In this document: one piece after another, positions 1 to 7,620 of the stretch
Position numbering within the stretch: the stretch's first letter is position 1
Layout of the letters: the number at the start of each line of letters is the position of its first letter
Virus record (IMG/VR): IMGVR_UViG_2529293219_000028
Length of the DNA: 38,658 nt
Reading direction: 5' to 3' (one strand)
DNA from: a virus
Taxonomy: Duplodnaviria; Heunggongvirae; Uroviricota; Caudoviricetes
Program-made: the position numbers and the translations under genes
The notes under the pieces: model-generated
The model's database searches: none
What the model saw: only the letters and a program-made list of their open reading frames with translations
Told to the model about the DNA's origin: nothing

Positions 1-141
1 ATGGCAACTTTGTTACAACTTCATTTTGCTTTTAATGGCCCATTTGGCGACGCAATGGCTGAGCAGCTTAAACCACTTGCAGAGTCGATTAATCAGGAAC
101 CTGGTTTTCTGTGGAAGGTATGGACAGAAAGTGAAAAGAAT
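1..141 (+). pseudogene. ydhR: 5' fragment of a host ORF (YdhR-like putative monooxygenase) interrupted by the prophage end; the frame runs into phage DNA and stops at 160-162
   Basis: ATG at 1; translation [47 protein letters not shown] followed by NIARRFF and stop; under 60 aa so absent from the ORF track; YdhR identity is recalled from memory, not searched. Confidence 0.5.
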
Positions 142-158
142 ATAGCGCGGCGATTTTT

Positions 159-223
159 TTGATACCGATTTGCATTTCATTTGATACCGCTGAAAAACGC
201 CGATACGCAACTTATTTGATACT
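159..223. repeat. Three copies of TTGATAC(C/T) (159-166, 181-188, 216-223) in the about 125 bp between the host fragment and the mom stop; candidate transposase-binding repeats of the prophage right end
   Basis: Direct reading of the sequence; position matches where Mu carries its R1-R3 sites; the exact terminus could not be pinned (somewhere in 132-162). Confidence 0.4.
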
Positions 224-268
224 AAATCGGCGCTTTTCTTTTGAGTTTTAGAATGAGTTTTTAAGCGC

Positions 269-1006
269 TCATTCACTCTCTTTCAAACCAGTTTTAACTG
301 TTTGTGGTTTTGGGTAAGGCTGGACTTTGAATAGCTTTGTGTTGAGGCGTTTTCTGGCCCTCTTGTTCAGAAACCGGATGTAACGAAACTGTCGGAACTT
401 ATGAACACTGGCTCTGTCAATATTAGCCCTCAGATGTTCACCTCGTTGTCCGCCTCGTTTAATGGCATTCCTGCAAATCTCGTGATACCACTCGCCATCA
501 AGTTCATAGAATATTGATTCATGGCTGCCTACATAATCAAAATTGCTTGCCTGATACACGACACCAAGACAGCCACAACGCTCATCTGCAAACGACTGAA
601 CCCACTGTACCTGCGGATAAAGCTGCCTGATTAGCTTGAGCGCGTAACTGATTGCCCTTGATTCGGAGTTTCTCGGCATACAGTCATGCAGCCATAGCCG
701 GTTAAGCTCCATATATTCTCGGTTCTGCGTACCCGTTACGACGCGTGCACCACTGTTTGGGTTAAGGGCGTAACCCCATTGCATTACGCCAACAAGTTCC
801 CGTTCTGAAAATATGCCCAGATGAAGGTAGGAGTTATTTACGAAACGGTGGCTGTAATGTTTATTGACGATGACCAGTCTGGCCAGCCAGCAACTTATTG
901 TCTCAACCCGCAACTCACGGGAGCCATAACCAACGATATTGTCGTTATAGCGAATAAGTTCAGGCGTGCTGATGATTCGGGATGTGACTTGCTTTCTGTT
1001 CCCCAC
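269..1006 (-). CDS. mom: Mom-like DNA modification protein (true start may be internal)
   Basis: 245 aa ORF at the prophage right end, its 5' end overlapping the 3' end of a Com-like zinc finger ORF, as in Mu com-mom; identity rests on synteny rather than on recognised Mom sequence. Confidence 0.6.
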   Translation of the reverse strand: MGNRKQVTSRIISTPELIRYNDNIVGYGSRELRVETISCWLARLVIVNKHYSHRFVNNSYLHLGIFSERELVGVMQWGYALNPNSGARVVTGTQNREYMELNRLWLHDCMPRNSESRAISYALKLIRQLYPQVQWVQSFADERCGCLGVVYQASNFDYVGSHESIFYELDGEWYHEICRNAIKRGGQRGEHLRANIDRASVHKFRQFRYIRFLNKRARKRLNTKLFKVQPYPKPQTVKTGLKESE

Positions 1007-1160
1007 GACAGGATTTCCTTGTGTATGTGGGGTGCTCTGTGGCGCTCGGAGATGTGATTTGATTGAGGGTTTTACAGCGCGGACATTTTACTTCCAGATA
1101 ACTGAAACTGGCCCGTGCCAGTAGCTTATTGCAGTGTCGGCACCGTATGTTTCGATACAT
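960..1160 (-). CDS. com: Com-like zinc-finger translational activator of mom
   Basis: [30 protein letters not shown]... has the C-x2-C-x16-C-x2-C spacing and IRC..C NKLL / CPRC motifs of Mu Com; AGGAGG lies about 9 nt upstream of the ATG at 1160; track ORF 960..1205 trimmed to this Met. Confidence 0.75.
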   Translation of the reverse strand: MYRNIRCRHCNKLLARASFSYLEVKCPRCKTLNQITSPSATEHPTYTRKSCRGEQKASHIPNHQHA

Positions 1161-1274
1161 GACCGCATAACCTCCTGCTTTGTTGTTGATGCCTTTCTCA
1201 TGCAATCGATCGACAAAAACGATCGATTCGATTTGTTTAATTGATACAACAAATAGATTGAAAAGTCATCAACA
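1161..1274 (-). promoter_or_regulatory. com-mom upstream region with two GATC sites inside TCGATCGA palindromes
   Basis: GATC at about 1208-1211 and 1221-1224, 13 bp apart, in an AT-rich leader upstream of com. Confidence 0.45.
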
Positions 1275-1739
1275 ATGATTCAGGGAGGTGATTATTTACT
1301 TAAAGAAAACGAAGAGTTAGGTGGTGAAAACGATCATAAAATGATCATTTTATTGACTTTTTATACAGTGAAGGTAGGATCACGCGTATATGTAGTATGT
1401 TTCAAATCAACAGGATACTACATAAAAGTGAAACCCAGCATAGCTGGAACTATGCTGGGTCAATCTGTAAAAACTTGCATCAATGCTTTACTTCGAGCTC
1501 GTGGCGTATCCTATGATATTCCCCGGTCTCCTGTAAAGCAGAGATGCATAAAAAGGAGATCTTTATCATGGATGAAAGAGCCTGTTTGCCCTGCCTGTAA
1601 GACTCCCTTACAGCTCATCTATCGCCGTTCTCGATCTCAAAATGGCAAGACATACAAACCCAAAAATGCTTCCTGTTTCAGGATGCTGATATGTCCTGCC
1701 TGTTCTCCCAGGAGGGAAAATACACAAAACGTGCATTAA
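1275..1739 (+). CDS. Hypothetical protein with C-terminal CPAC...CPAC zinc-ribbon-like motif; start uncertain (Met at 1275 or 1341)
   Basis: Only ORF of 60 aa or more in an AT-rich stretch; two CPAC motifs about 35 residues apart; weak RBS. Confidence 0.35.
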   Translation: MIQGGDYLLKENEELGGENDHKMIILLTFYTVKVGSRVYVVCFKSTGYYIKVKPSIAGTMLGQSVKTCINALLRARGVSYDIPRSPVKQRCIKRRSLSWMKEPVCPACKTPLQLIYRRSRSQNGKTYKPKNASCFRMLICPACSPRRENTQNVH

Positions 1740-1777
1740 CAAACTCACCCGGCAGGGAAACCTGCCGGTCGGTATTG

Positions 1778-2023
1778 TTACATCATAGTACCGTCAGTTC
1801 CGGGCTGAACCGGCTCTGGTTGCTCTACGGGTTGAGGATCATTTTCCGTGCTGTTTTCAGCCGGAGAACGGCCAACCATTCGGGCCAGCACTTCATCAAC
1901 ATATGCGTCGATTTGTGCCTCAAAATCCTTGCGAACCTGCGCCTTCAGCACGCGGTTCACTTCTTCAGAATAAAGTGCCTGTTTGACAAGCTCTTCAGTA
2001 ACCGTGCCTTTAATCTCTGGCAT
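1778..2023 (-). CDS. Hypothetical small acidic protein
   Basis: 81 aa ORF with AAGGAGA RBS 7 nt upstream; co-oriented with the esterase gene. Confidence 0.6.
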   Translation of the reverse strand: MPEIKGTVTEELVKQALYSEEVNRVLKAQVRKDFEAQIDAYVDEVLARMVGRSPAENSTENDPQPVEQPEPVQPGTDGTMM

Positions 2024-2058
2024 GAATATTCTCCTTTTGCAGGTATATTGCCCCGTTA

Positions 2059-2241
2059 TCAGAGCGGGGTCGGGTCGTTTGGGGATGACGGTGCCTGTGC
2101 TGTTTTACTGAGTTTTTCAGCTGCCGCATCATCAATTTTACGGCGAATATAATTTCTGATGACCTTATAACCACCGCTCACCAGATATAACGCACTGACC
2201 ACAGCGCAGAAATAAAGCAGCATTGTATGAACGAATGTCAT
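2059..2241 (-). CDS. Hypothetical small membrane protein (one N-terminal TM helix)
   Basis: 60 aa ORF; hydrophobic stretch LLYFCAVVSALYLVSGG; AAGGTAAGG RBS upstream. Confidence 0.6.
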   Translation of the reverse strand: MTFVHTMLLYFCAVVSALYLVSGGYKVIRNYIRRKIDDAAAEKLSKTAQAPSSPNDPTPL

Positions 2242-2387
2242 ATAACCTTACCTTTGATATTGACTACATAATTCGTTATCGGGTAAAAACATCGAAGCGA
2301 CTGATAACCACTCCTTCGGGAGTATTTTTATTTTCCTTTATGGGTTAGGTAGCTCCCGCCAGCCATATCATGACCGGCGGGATTTTT

Positions 2388-4427
2388 TTATTCTGTTACC
2401 GCTTTTTTCACTTCCACCACAATGCTGTCAATCAGCACCGGGTAAGTTGCATTTTTTGTGATATCCGTTACGCGGAGTTTGTCCACCGGGAAAGTTCCTA
2501 CTGGTGACTGCGTCAGGGTAAACGCGGCACCATCCTGACCATCAATAACCGGAATAACCTGAAGGCTGTTATTTCCTGCAAAACGGAAGGCCAGCGTATG
2601 CCATTCATTATCAAATGCACCAAAGGTTCCCAGTTTCTGGTTATTTGTTGCCACTTTTGCATTGTGGTACATCACATTCAGGTCTTTTGCGTCTGTCTGG
2701 ATGTAGAACGATGCCAGCAGATTATTCCCTGCATCCCCTGTCAGGGTGACACCCTGCGGCAGAGAGGAAACCGGCCAGTAAAGCCCCATGACATACTGGT
2801 TTGCCACCAGGTCGCCAGGTACTTTAAAACGACAACTGATTAAACCACCATTTTTCAGCAGTTCAGCACCAGTACCGGCATCATGATCCAGATACCAGGA
2901 TGATTTACCTGTTTCCTTGGTCAGTTTCATTGCCTTACCACCTGTGCCTCCTGCATCACTGATAATTTCAGCTTTACCGCCAGCCGGCTCCCAGCCCTGG
3001 GCTTTCAGATTTCCTTCTGACTCACTGACACGATAAGACAGCAGTGTTGTGGTTACTGCTTCAGTTTCTGAAGGTGACGGCACTGGTGCTTCAGTTTCAG
3101 AAGATGGAACATCGGCTTTTACTGTGGTTCGCCCCGCATGAGTCAGAACTGCCGTGGCCAGACGGTCGGAAATAATCCCACGACGTGCCCATGAACTGAA
3201 ATGGCTGGCCCGGTCCGCAGATGTCCAGGTGGCGGCACTGTTACGCCACGTTGAGCCGTAATAACCAATGGATTCAATATCCGGGTCTTCTGCCGGATTG
3301 TTGGTGGGTACATTCGCGTCATTTTCATCTGTCATTAATGGAACGAAATGAATGTTTTTATCTGTTTTGTTTTTGTAGCCGCCATAGATTGCCTGGTATG
3401 CCGGTTCATTTTTCTGTTTCCAGAAATACGTGGTATCGCCACAAATCCACGGAACGCCAGCAGCACTGCCACCGGTACACTGTTCCGCCTGTTCAGCCAG
3501 GTCTGCGCGGAATTTTTCCACCATCGCCAGAAACAGCGCGGAATGCTCCGTCGGCTTCGCATCAATATCAAACTCGCCCTGCATCCACACCACAGCAAGC
3601 AGGCGGTTTTTCGGGTTCTTCGCCAGTGCCGCTTTTGTCCGGCTGATTAAGTCCTTATACAGCGGCTTATCCACACCCCAGCGGGCTGAGTCCTCTGAAG
3701 CACCCGTGCTGTCACTGTACGTGCCGTCAGCACCCGCCGTGAATGCAGAACCACCACGGCAGCAGGGAACCAGCAGAATCCCCGCATCTGCCGGAATAAA
3801 CGGCAGCAGTTTTTTGGCAATGTGAAGCCCCTGACCCACGGTGCCATATTGCCCTTTAGCCACATCCGCTTTCGGGTGATTTTTTCCACTCATATCCTGC
3901 ACATCATGCAGACAGTGGTCGGCCAGAATGATGTCGTTATACTGACAGGCTTTACCTCCCGGCGTGACTGTACTGCGACGGGCTAACTGCATAATACGCG
4001 GTTCGGGGCGGTCATATGTCTCCGGCAGTGGCAGACCTTCACCGTAAGCCATACCGTTTGACTGACCAGCAAGAACCACCACGTAATACCAGGAAGGGGA
4101 GCTGGAAGCAGTTTCATTTCCTGACGGACGGGTATGTGTTTCAGCATTATCCCAGTCTGACGGTTCAGCAGTACCGGCAACATCAGCACTTAACGGAATG
4201 ACCGCACCAATACCCGCTCCGGTAATTTCCACACTCGGATCACCGGATACTGGCCTTACCCACAGGCAATCCCGTGTATTAAAACTGATGAGACAGTCAG
4301 CAAATGTCATTCCTCCTTTTGTTTCGGCCGGAGGAAAGGGAGCCTCAAGAAATGCCGCTGTACCACCGGAAACTTTAACAGTAAAGTTTCCGGGCATTGA
4401 TGATAGTTGAACCCATTTGGACGTCAT
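2388..4427 (-). CDS. Large cargo protein with a SASA/SGNH-type carbohydrate O-acetylesterase domain and a C-terminal lectin-like domain (NanS-p-like)
   Basis: 679 aa; VVVLAGQSNGMAYGEG motif at residues about 117-130; short tandem PSSETEA / PSPSETEA linker; beta-rich C-terminal third; sits between gin and com-mom. Confidence 0.6.
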   Translation of the reverse strand: MTSKWVQLSSMPGNFTVKVSGGTAAFLEAPFPPAETKGGMTFADCLISFNTRDCLWVRPVSGDPSVEITGAGIGAVIPLSADVAGTAEPSDWDNAETHTRPSGNETASSSPSWYYVVVLAGQSNGMAYGEGLPLPETYDRPEPRIMQLARRSTVTPGGKACQYNDIILADHCLHDVQDMSGKNHPKADVAKGQYGTVGQGLHIAKKLLPFIPADAGILLVPCCRGGSAFTAGADGTYSDSTGASEDSARWGVDKPLYKDLISRTKAALAKNPKNRLLAVVWMQGEFDIDAKPTEHSALFLAMVEKFRADLAEQAEQCTGGSAAGVPWICGDTTYFWKQKNEPAYQAIYGGYKNKTDKNIHFVPLMTDENDANVPTNNPAEDPDIESIGYYGSTWRNSAATWTSADRASHFSSWARRGIISDRLATAVLTHAGRTTVKADVPSSETEAPVPSPSETEAVTTTLLSYRVSESEGNLKAQGWEPAGGKAEIISDAGGTGGKAMKLTKETGKSSWYLDHDAGTGAELLKNGGLISCRFKVPGDLVANQYVMGLYWPVSSLPQGVTLTGDAGNNLLASFYIQTDAKDLNVMYHNAKVATNNQKLGTFGAFDNEWHTLAFRFAGNNSLQVIPVIDGQDGAAFTLTQSPVGTFPVDKLRVTDITKNATYPVLIDSIVVEVKKAVTE

Positions 4428-4526
4428 AATAATCAGCCTGTTCCTGAATAAACTGAATTATCATATCCACAGACCGATAAACGCCATTTTGCGTTAATTC
4501 AGTAAAGGCCCAACAAAGAGAGCGTC

Positions 4527-5087
4527 TTATTTTTCCGAAACGCTCGCAGGATAATAACGATAAAGGGTTGAAAGGCCGATATCAAAAATAAGTGCCACCT
4601 GTCTTCGACTGACACCCCCGGCCAGTAAACGCCCGACCTGCTCGTATTGTTCCTGCGTGAGACGACGGGGTCTGCCGCCGGTTCGTCCCCTTTCACGGGC
4701 AGCTGCAAGACCAGCCCGTGTCCGTTCGACAATTAATTCACGCTCCATTTCTGCCAGCGCACCCATTATGTGAAAAAAGAAGCGCCCCATGGGGGTTGAC
4801 GTATCAATGTTGTCAGTAAGACTACGAAAATTTATCCCCTGTTGCTGTAATTCATCTGTCAGCGCAACAAGGTGGCGCATACTGCGCCCCAGCCTGTCCA
4901 GTTTCCAGACCATCAGTGTGTCACCGGGTTTTAGTTTCTTCAGTGCCCGCTTCAGTCCCGGCCGCTGTGTCGTTTTACCACTCATTTTATCTTCAAAAAT
5001 CTGCTCACATCCTGCACATTCCAGCGCATTTCTTTGTAAACCTGTGTTCTGGTCATTTGTTGATACGCGTATATAGCCAATCAGCAT
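4527..5087 (-). CDS. gin: Gin/Hin/Cin-family serine DNA invertase
   Basis: MLIGYIRVSTNDQNTGLQRNALECAGCEQIFEDK...MGRFFFHIMGALAEMERELIVERT is near-identical in pattern to Mu Gin; lies 56 bp from the left boundary of the invertible segment. Confidence 0.9.
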   Translation of the reverse strand: MLIGYIRVSTNDQNTGLQRNALECAGCEQIFEDKMSGKTTQRPGLKRALKKLKPGDTLMVWKLDRLGRSMRHLVALTDELQQQGINFRSLTDNIDTSTPMGRFFFHIMGALAEMERELIVERTRAGLAAARERGRTGGRPRRLTQEQYEQVGRLLAGGVSRRQVALIFDIGLSTLYRYYPASVSEK

Positions 5088-5141
5088 GTATTTACCTTCC
5101 TTAAAAAGAGGTGGAAAGGCCTTTTAAAGCAGATATACGGC

Positions 5142-5167
5142 ATCCCTGAAACCTTCGGTTTACGGGA
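5142..5167. other. Candidate gix-like crossover site (left); near-palindrome TCCCTGAAACC-TTCG-GTTTACGGGA
   Basis: Palindromic core AAACC..GGTTT exactly where the inverted-repeat homology begins, just upstream of gin. Confidence 0.55.
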
Positions 5168-5335
5168 TACTGTAAACAGGGCCGCGAATGCCCTGCCATC
5201 GAACGGAGCGGCTGTTGCAGCGAATAAACTCGCCACTCCAAGAAATATTAATGGTGTCCCATTTGACGGAACGCAGGATATAAATATTACATCGGGGATG
5301 ACGCAGTCTGTGGCTGACTCACGTTATGTTCAAAG
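5157..5335. repeat. Left inverted repeat of the invertible tail-fibre segment (about 180 bp, roughly 80% identical to the reverse complement of 6351-6529)
   Basis: Manual alignment; both copies start at GGTTTACGGGA and share runs such as CCAAGAAATATTAATGGTGT and TTTGACGGAACGC. Confidence 0.8.
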
Positions 5336-5513
5336 CATTCGAAGAGGTTCAAGGTCAACGATTGGAATGCAATATAATATTTTTGAGGTTCCTGACGGAT
5401 GCGTACTTACAGGGCTTGATGTCGCTGGTGATGGTAATGCAACGGTAACCGCATATTATCGACCTGTTCAGTTTCTGATAGATGGTTCGTGGAAAACAGC
5501 TTCCAGCGCATAA
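5157..5513 (+). CDS. Alternative tail-fibre C-terminal cassette (S'v-like), startless and currently not joined to the fibre gene
   Basis: Frame is open from 5064 with no in-frame start; encodes ...GLRDTVNRAANALPSNGAAVAANKLATPRNINGVPFDGTQDINITSGMTQS..., paralogous to residues about 205-260 of the minus-strand fibre, then diverges (ORF-track 5298..5513). Confidence 0.7.
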   Translation, partial: GLRDTVNRAANALPSNGAAVAANKLATPRNINGVPFDGTQDINITSGMTQSVADSRYVQSIRRGSRSTIGMQYNIFEVPDGCVLTGLDVAGDGNATVTAYYRPVQFLIDGSWKTASSA

Positions 5514-5592
5514 AAGTGCAGTAGTTCAAAAAACAGATTATCTGAATAAATATATGATGATTTTGTCTTTTCAACAAAAACAAGGTGAAATA

Positions 5593-6114
5593 ATGGAGCT
5601 TATTAACGTAAAACGATATTACCCGGAACACAAACCCTATGGTGAGGATGTTCAGTATTTCCAGAGTGAGGACGGAAGGGATTTTTATGAATCTATCCCG
5701 CTTTTCACAAAGAAATACAAACTCTGTATTTCGCCTGTAACGGGTATTATCTGCTCTGTTGCTGAAGATGTCTCTGCTTTATATCCGGCAGGTTTTACTG
5801 TTGTTGAAGTGGACGAACTGCCGGAAGGTGTGAATATTGACGGTAACTGGCAGTTTTCTGATGGCCTGATATCAAAGGTGCCGGTAAACTGGAAGACGGT
5901 TGCTGAAAAGCGCCGCTCATCGCTGCTCCAGGAAGCCAACGAAACTGTGGATGACTGGAAAACGGAATTAAAACTGGACATGATTAGCGATGAAAATAAA
6001 TTACAGCTGACGCGCTGGATGGCGTATATCCGACAGCTTAAAGAAATGCACTTTAATGATATTGCCAGTGAGGGGCATTACCAGGCGATTCCCTGGCCGG
6101 AAAAACCGGAATAA
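5593..6114 (+). CDS. Tail fibre assembly (chaperone) protein, Mu U/U'-like
   Basis: MELINVKRYYPEHKPYGEDV... with the AAGGTG RBS before the ATG at 5593 chosen as start; ORF-track frame 5482..6114; identity called from position and general Tfa-like character, not a recognised motif. Confidence 0.7.
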   Translation: MELINVKRYYPEHKPYGEDVQYFQSEDGRDFYESIPLFTKKYKLCISPVTGIICSVAEDVSALYPAGFTVVEVDELPEGVNIDGNWQFSDGLISKVPVNWKTVAEKRRSSLLQEANETVDDWKTELKLDMISDENKLQLTRWMAYIRQLKEMHFNDIASEGHYQAIPWPEKPE

Positions 6115-6120
6115 TTCAGA

Positions 6121-6146
6121 GGGTGCATTCAGCACCCTTTTCTGTG
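6121..6146. terminator. Bidirectional hairpin between the convergent fibre and chaperone genes
   Basis: GGGTGC-ATTCA-GCACCC stem-loop followed by TTTTCT. Confidence 0.5.
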
Positions 6147-6148
6147 GT

Positions 6149-7060
6149 TTACACTGAACTTACCGTTCTCCAGGCATTATTAATATAAATCTGAACCGGG
6201 CGATAATAGACCCCACCGATATTGTCCGCAGACCGGGAGCCGGTTTCCTGCACGTTAATTCCGGAAAGCATACAACCGGAAGGTGCGCTGTAATTCCATG
6301 ACATTTCATTGCCTCCGGGTGAATGATAGCTCTGTGCTCCAAGCTGAACATTCTGTACATACCGGCCATCTGCGGTTGACTGCGTCATTCCTGACGTGAT
6401 GTTGATATCCAGCGTTCCGTCAAAAGGAACACCATTAATATTTCTTGGGGTGGCGAGTCTGTTTGCTGCCACGGCGGTTCCACCCGATGGCAGGGCATCA
6501 GCAGCCTTATTTACCGTTTCCCGTAAACCAACGTTATCGATAAAAGCGCCTTTATCCGGAATGTCTGCGCCGTTCTGCTCCCTGCGCAGGTAACGGTTAT
6601 CACCTTCGCTTTTGCTGTAAACATCCAGATTATTACGGGCGGTTCCCGCATTCTCCAGGTCGGCAAGGTTCTGATCCTTCGCCAGAGCATTAACGTCACC
6701 GGGACCAAGACTGTTTTTTGTGGCAAGCGCCCCAAGACCAAGATAACCACGGGCAAGACGCTGGGCTTCCGCACCGGCATCAGCAATTTCTTTCAGGTTG
6801 TTTTTCCGGGAAAAGGCATTCGCAGCGATAATGGCTTTAATGGACAGCGTAAGCTGGTTTAACTGCGCCTTATCCGGCTGAATACTGGCTTCAGCCAGAA
6901 TATTCAGCAGTTCGGCCTGGAGAATATTCAGCCAGTCCTGACCAATCCAGCTGATACCTTTTTGTCCGTCACCTTCGGTAAACCAGGTGGTGGTATTACT
7001 CTGCGCCGGTGCCAGCGCAGGCATATTCGCCACGCCGGAATTATTATCAACATGGAACAT
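6149..7060 (-). CDS. Tail fibre protein (constant part plus the currently expressed variable tip)
   Basis: Start placed at the internal Met at 7060, whose ATG overlaps the upstream gene's stop by 1 nt (track start 7114 would overlap by 55 nt); C-terminal part runs through the right inverted repeat. Confidence 0.8.
   Translation of the reverse strand: MFHVDNNSGVANMPALAPAQSNTTTWFTEGDGQKGISWIGQDWLNILQAELLNILAEASIQPDKAQLNQLTLSIKAIIAANAFSRKNNLKEIADAGAEAQRLARGYLGLGALATKNSLGPGDVNALAKDQNLADLENAGTARNNLDVYSKSEGDNRYLRREQNGADIPDKGAFIDNVGLRETVNKAADALPSGGTAVAANRLATPRNINGVPFDGTLDINITSGMTQSTADGRYVQNVQLGAQSYHSPGGNEMSWNYSAPSGCMLSGINVQETGSRSADNIGGVYYRPVQIYINNAWRTVSSV
6351..6529. repeat. Right inverted repeat of the invertible segment, inside the tail fibre gene
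   Basis: Reverse complement aligns with 5157-5335. Confidence 0.8.
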
Positions 7061-7620
7061 TAAATATTCTCCTCTTCGTGACTGTTTGCATATACGTAAA
7101 TAAACGTCTGCCATGCAGGCTTATAACGGTTCAGAATACATTCCAGCGCACCGCCTTCATAAATACGCAGCGGCGTGAGAATATCATCCAGCACATTCAT
7201 ATTCCGGTAGCCGGTTTCACTGTTAATCGTGACAATACTGACCCACTGTGAATCCGGTGATGGCTGAATATCTATTTCATAACCAAACTCTGCCGCAAAC
7301 CGGATATAAAATTCACGGTTAAGAGAGGGTTTCATCCGGTATTTATTCCCGGCATAACGCTGACGCTCCTGAATGGTTGCGCCGGTCATATCACATTCCG
7401 GTAACCCCAGATAACGCTCCCAGTCTTCCAGCAGCAGACGGGATGAATCAGGAAAACGTTCTGCCAGCATCTGGTTACCGGTCCAGGAAACACGCTCCGT
7501 GGAATGACTGAGGCCCAGGCACAAAGCCGCAAGAACGGATGACGGCCGCTTATCCCATGCCAGCCCGTCAGGCAGCAACTGCAACAGGGCGCGCTGATGC
7601 GGGGTCAGGGTTACAGCCAT
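7060..7620 (-). CDS. Tail/baseplate protein (Mu gp48-like)
   Basis: 186 aa; position between the baseplate J-like gene and the fibre gene. Confidence 0.7.
   Translation of the reverse strand: MAVTLTPHQRALLQLLPDGLAWDKRPSSVLAALCLGLSHSTERVSWTGNQMLAERFPDSSRLLLEDWERYLGLPECDMTGATIQERQRYAGNKYRMKPSLNREFYIRFAAEFGYEIDIQPSPDSQWVSIVTINSETGYRNMNVLDDILTPLRIYEGGALECILNRYKPAWQTFIYVYANSHEEENI

Larger units (their letters stand above)
5157..6529. other. Gin-invertible DNA segment (about 1.37 kb), a compact analogue of the Mu G segment
   Basis: Bounded by the inverted repeats; contains the S'v cassette, one chaperone gene and the current fibre tip; invertase gene adjacent. Confidence 0.7.

Noticed and set aside
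13-276. 87 aa minus-strand ORF spanning the host/prophage junction
   Set aside because: Crosses the prophage terminal repeats and the host gene fragment, AT-rich with no RBS; most likely a chance ORF
1691-2152. 153 aa plus-strand ORF antisense to two small minus-strand genes
   Set aside because: The minus-strand ORFs have strong Shine-Dalgarno sequences and protein-like composition; the plus-strand frame is a GC-driven antisense artefact
4428-4526. Possible terminator hairpin (GAGCG...CGCTC) between the invertase and esterase genes
   Set aside because: Loop of about 16 nt with a weak stem and no clear U-tract; not convincing
4499-4732. 77 aa ORF overlapping the 3' end of the invertase gene in another frame
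   Set aside because: Fully embedded in the well-supported invertase gene; no RBS
5685-5981. 98 aa minus-strand ORF inside the chaperone gene that might have been the missing second chaperone
   Set aside because: Ser/Thr-rich low-complexity translation, antisense to a good Tfa-like ORF, no RBS
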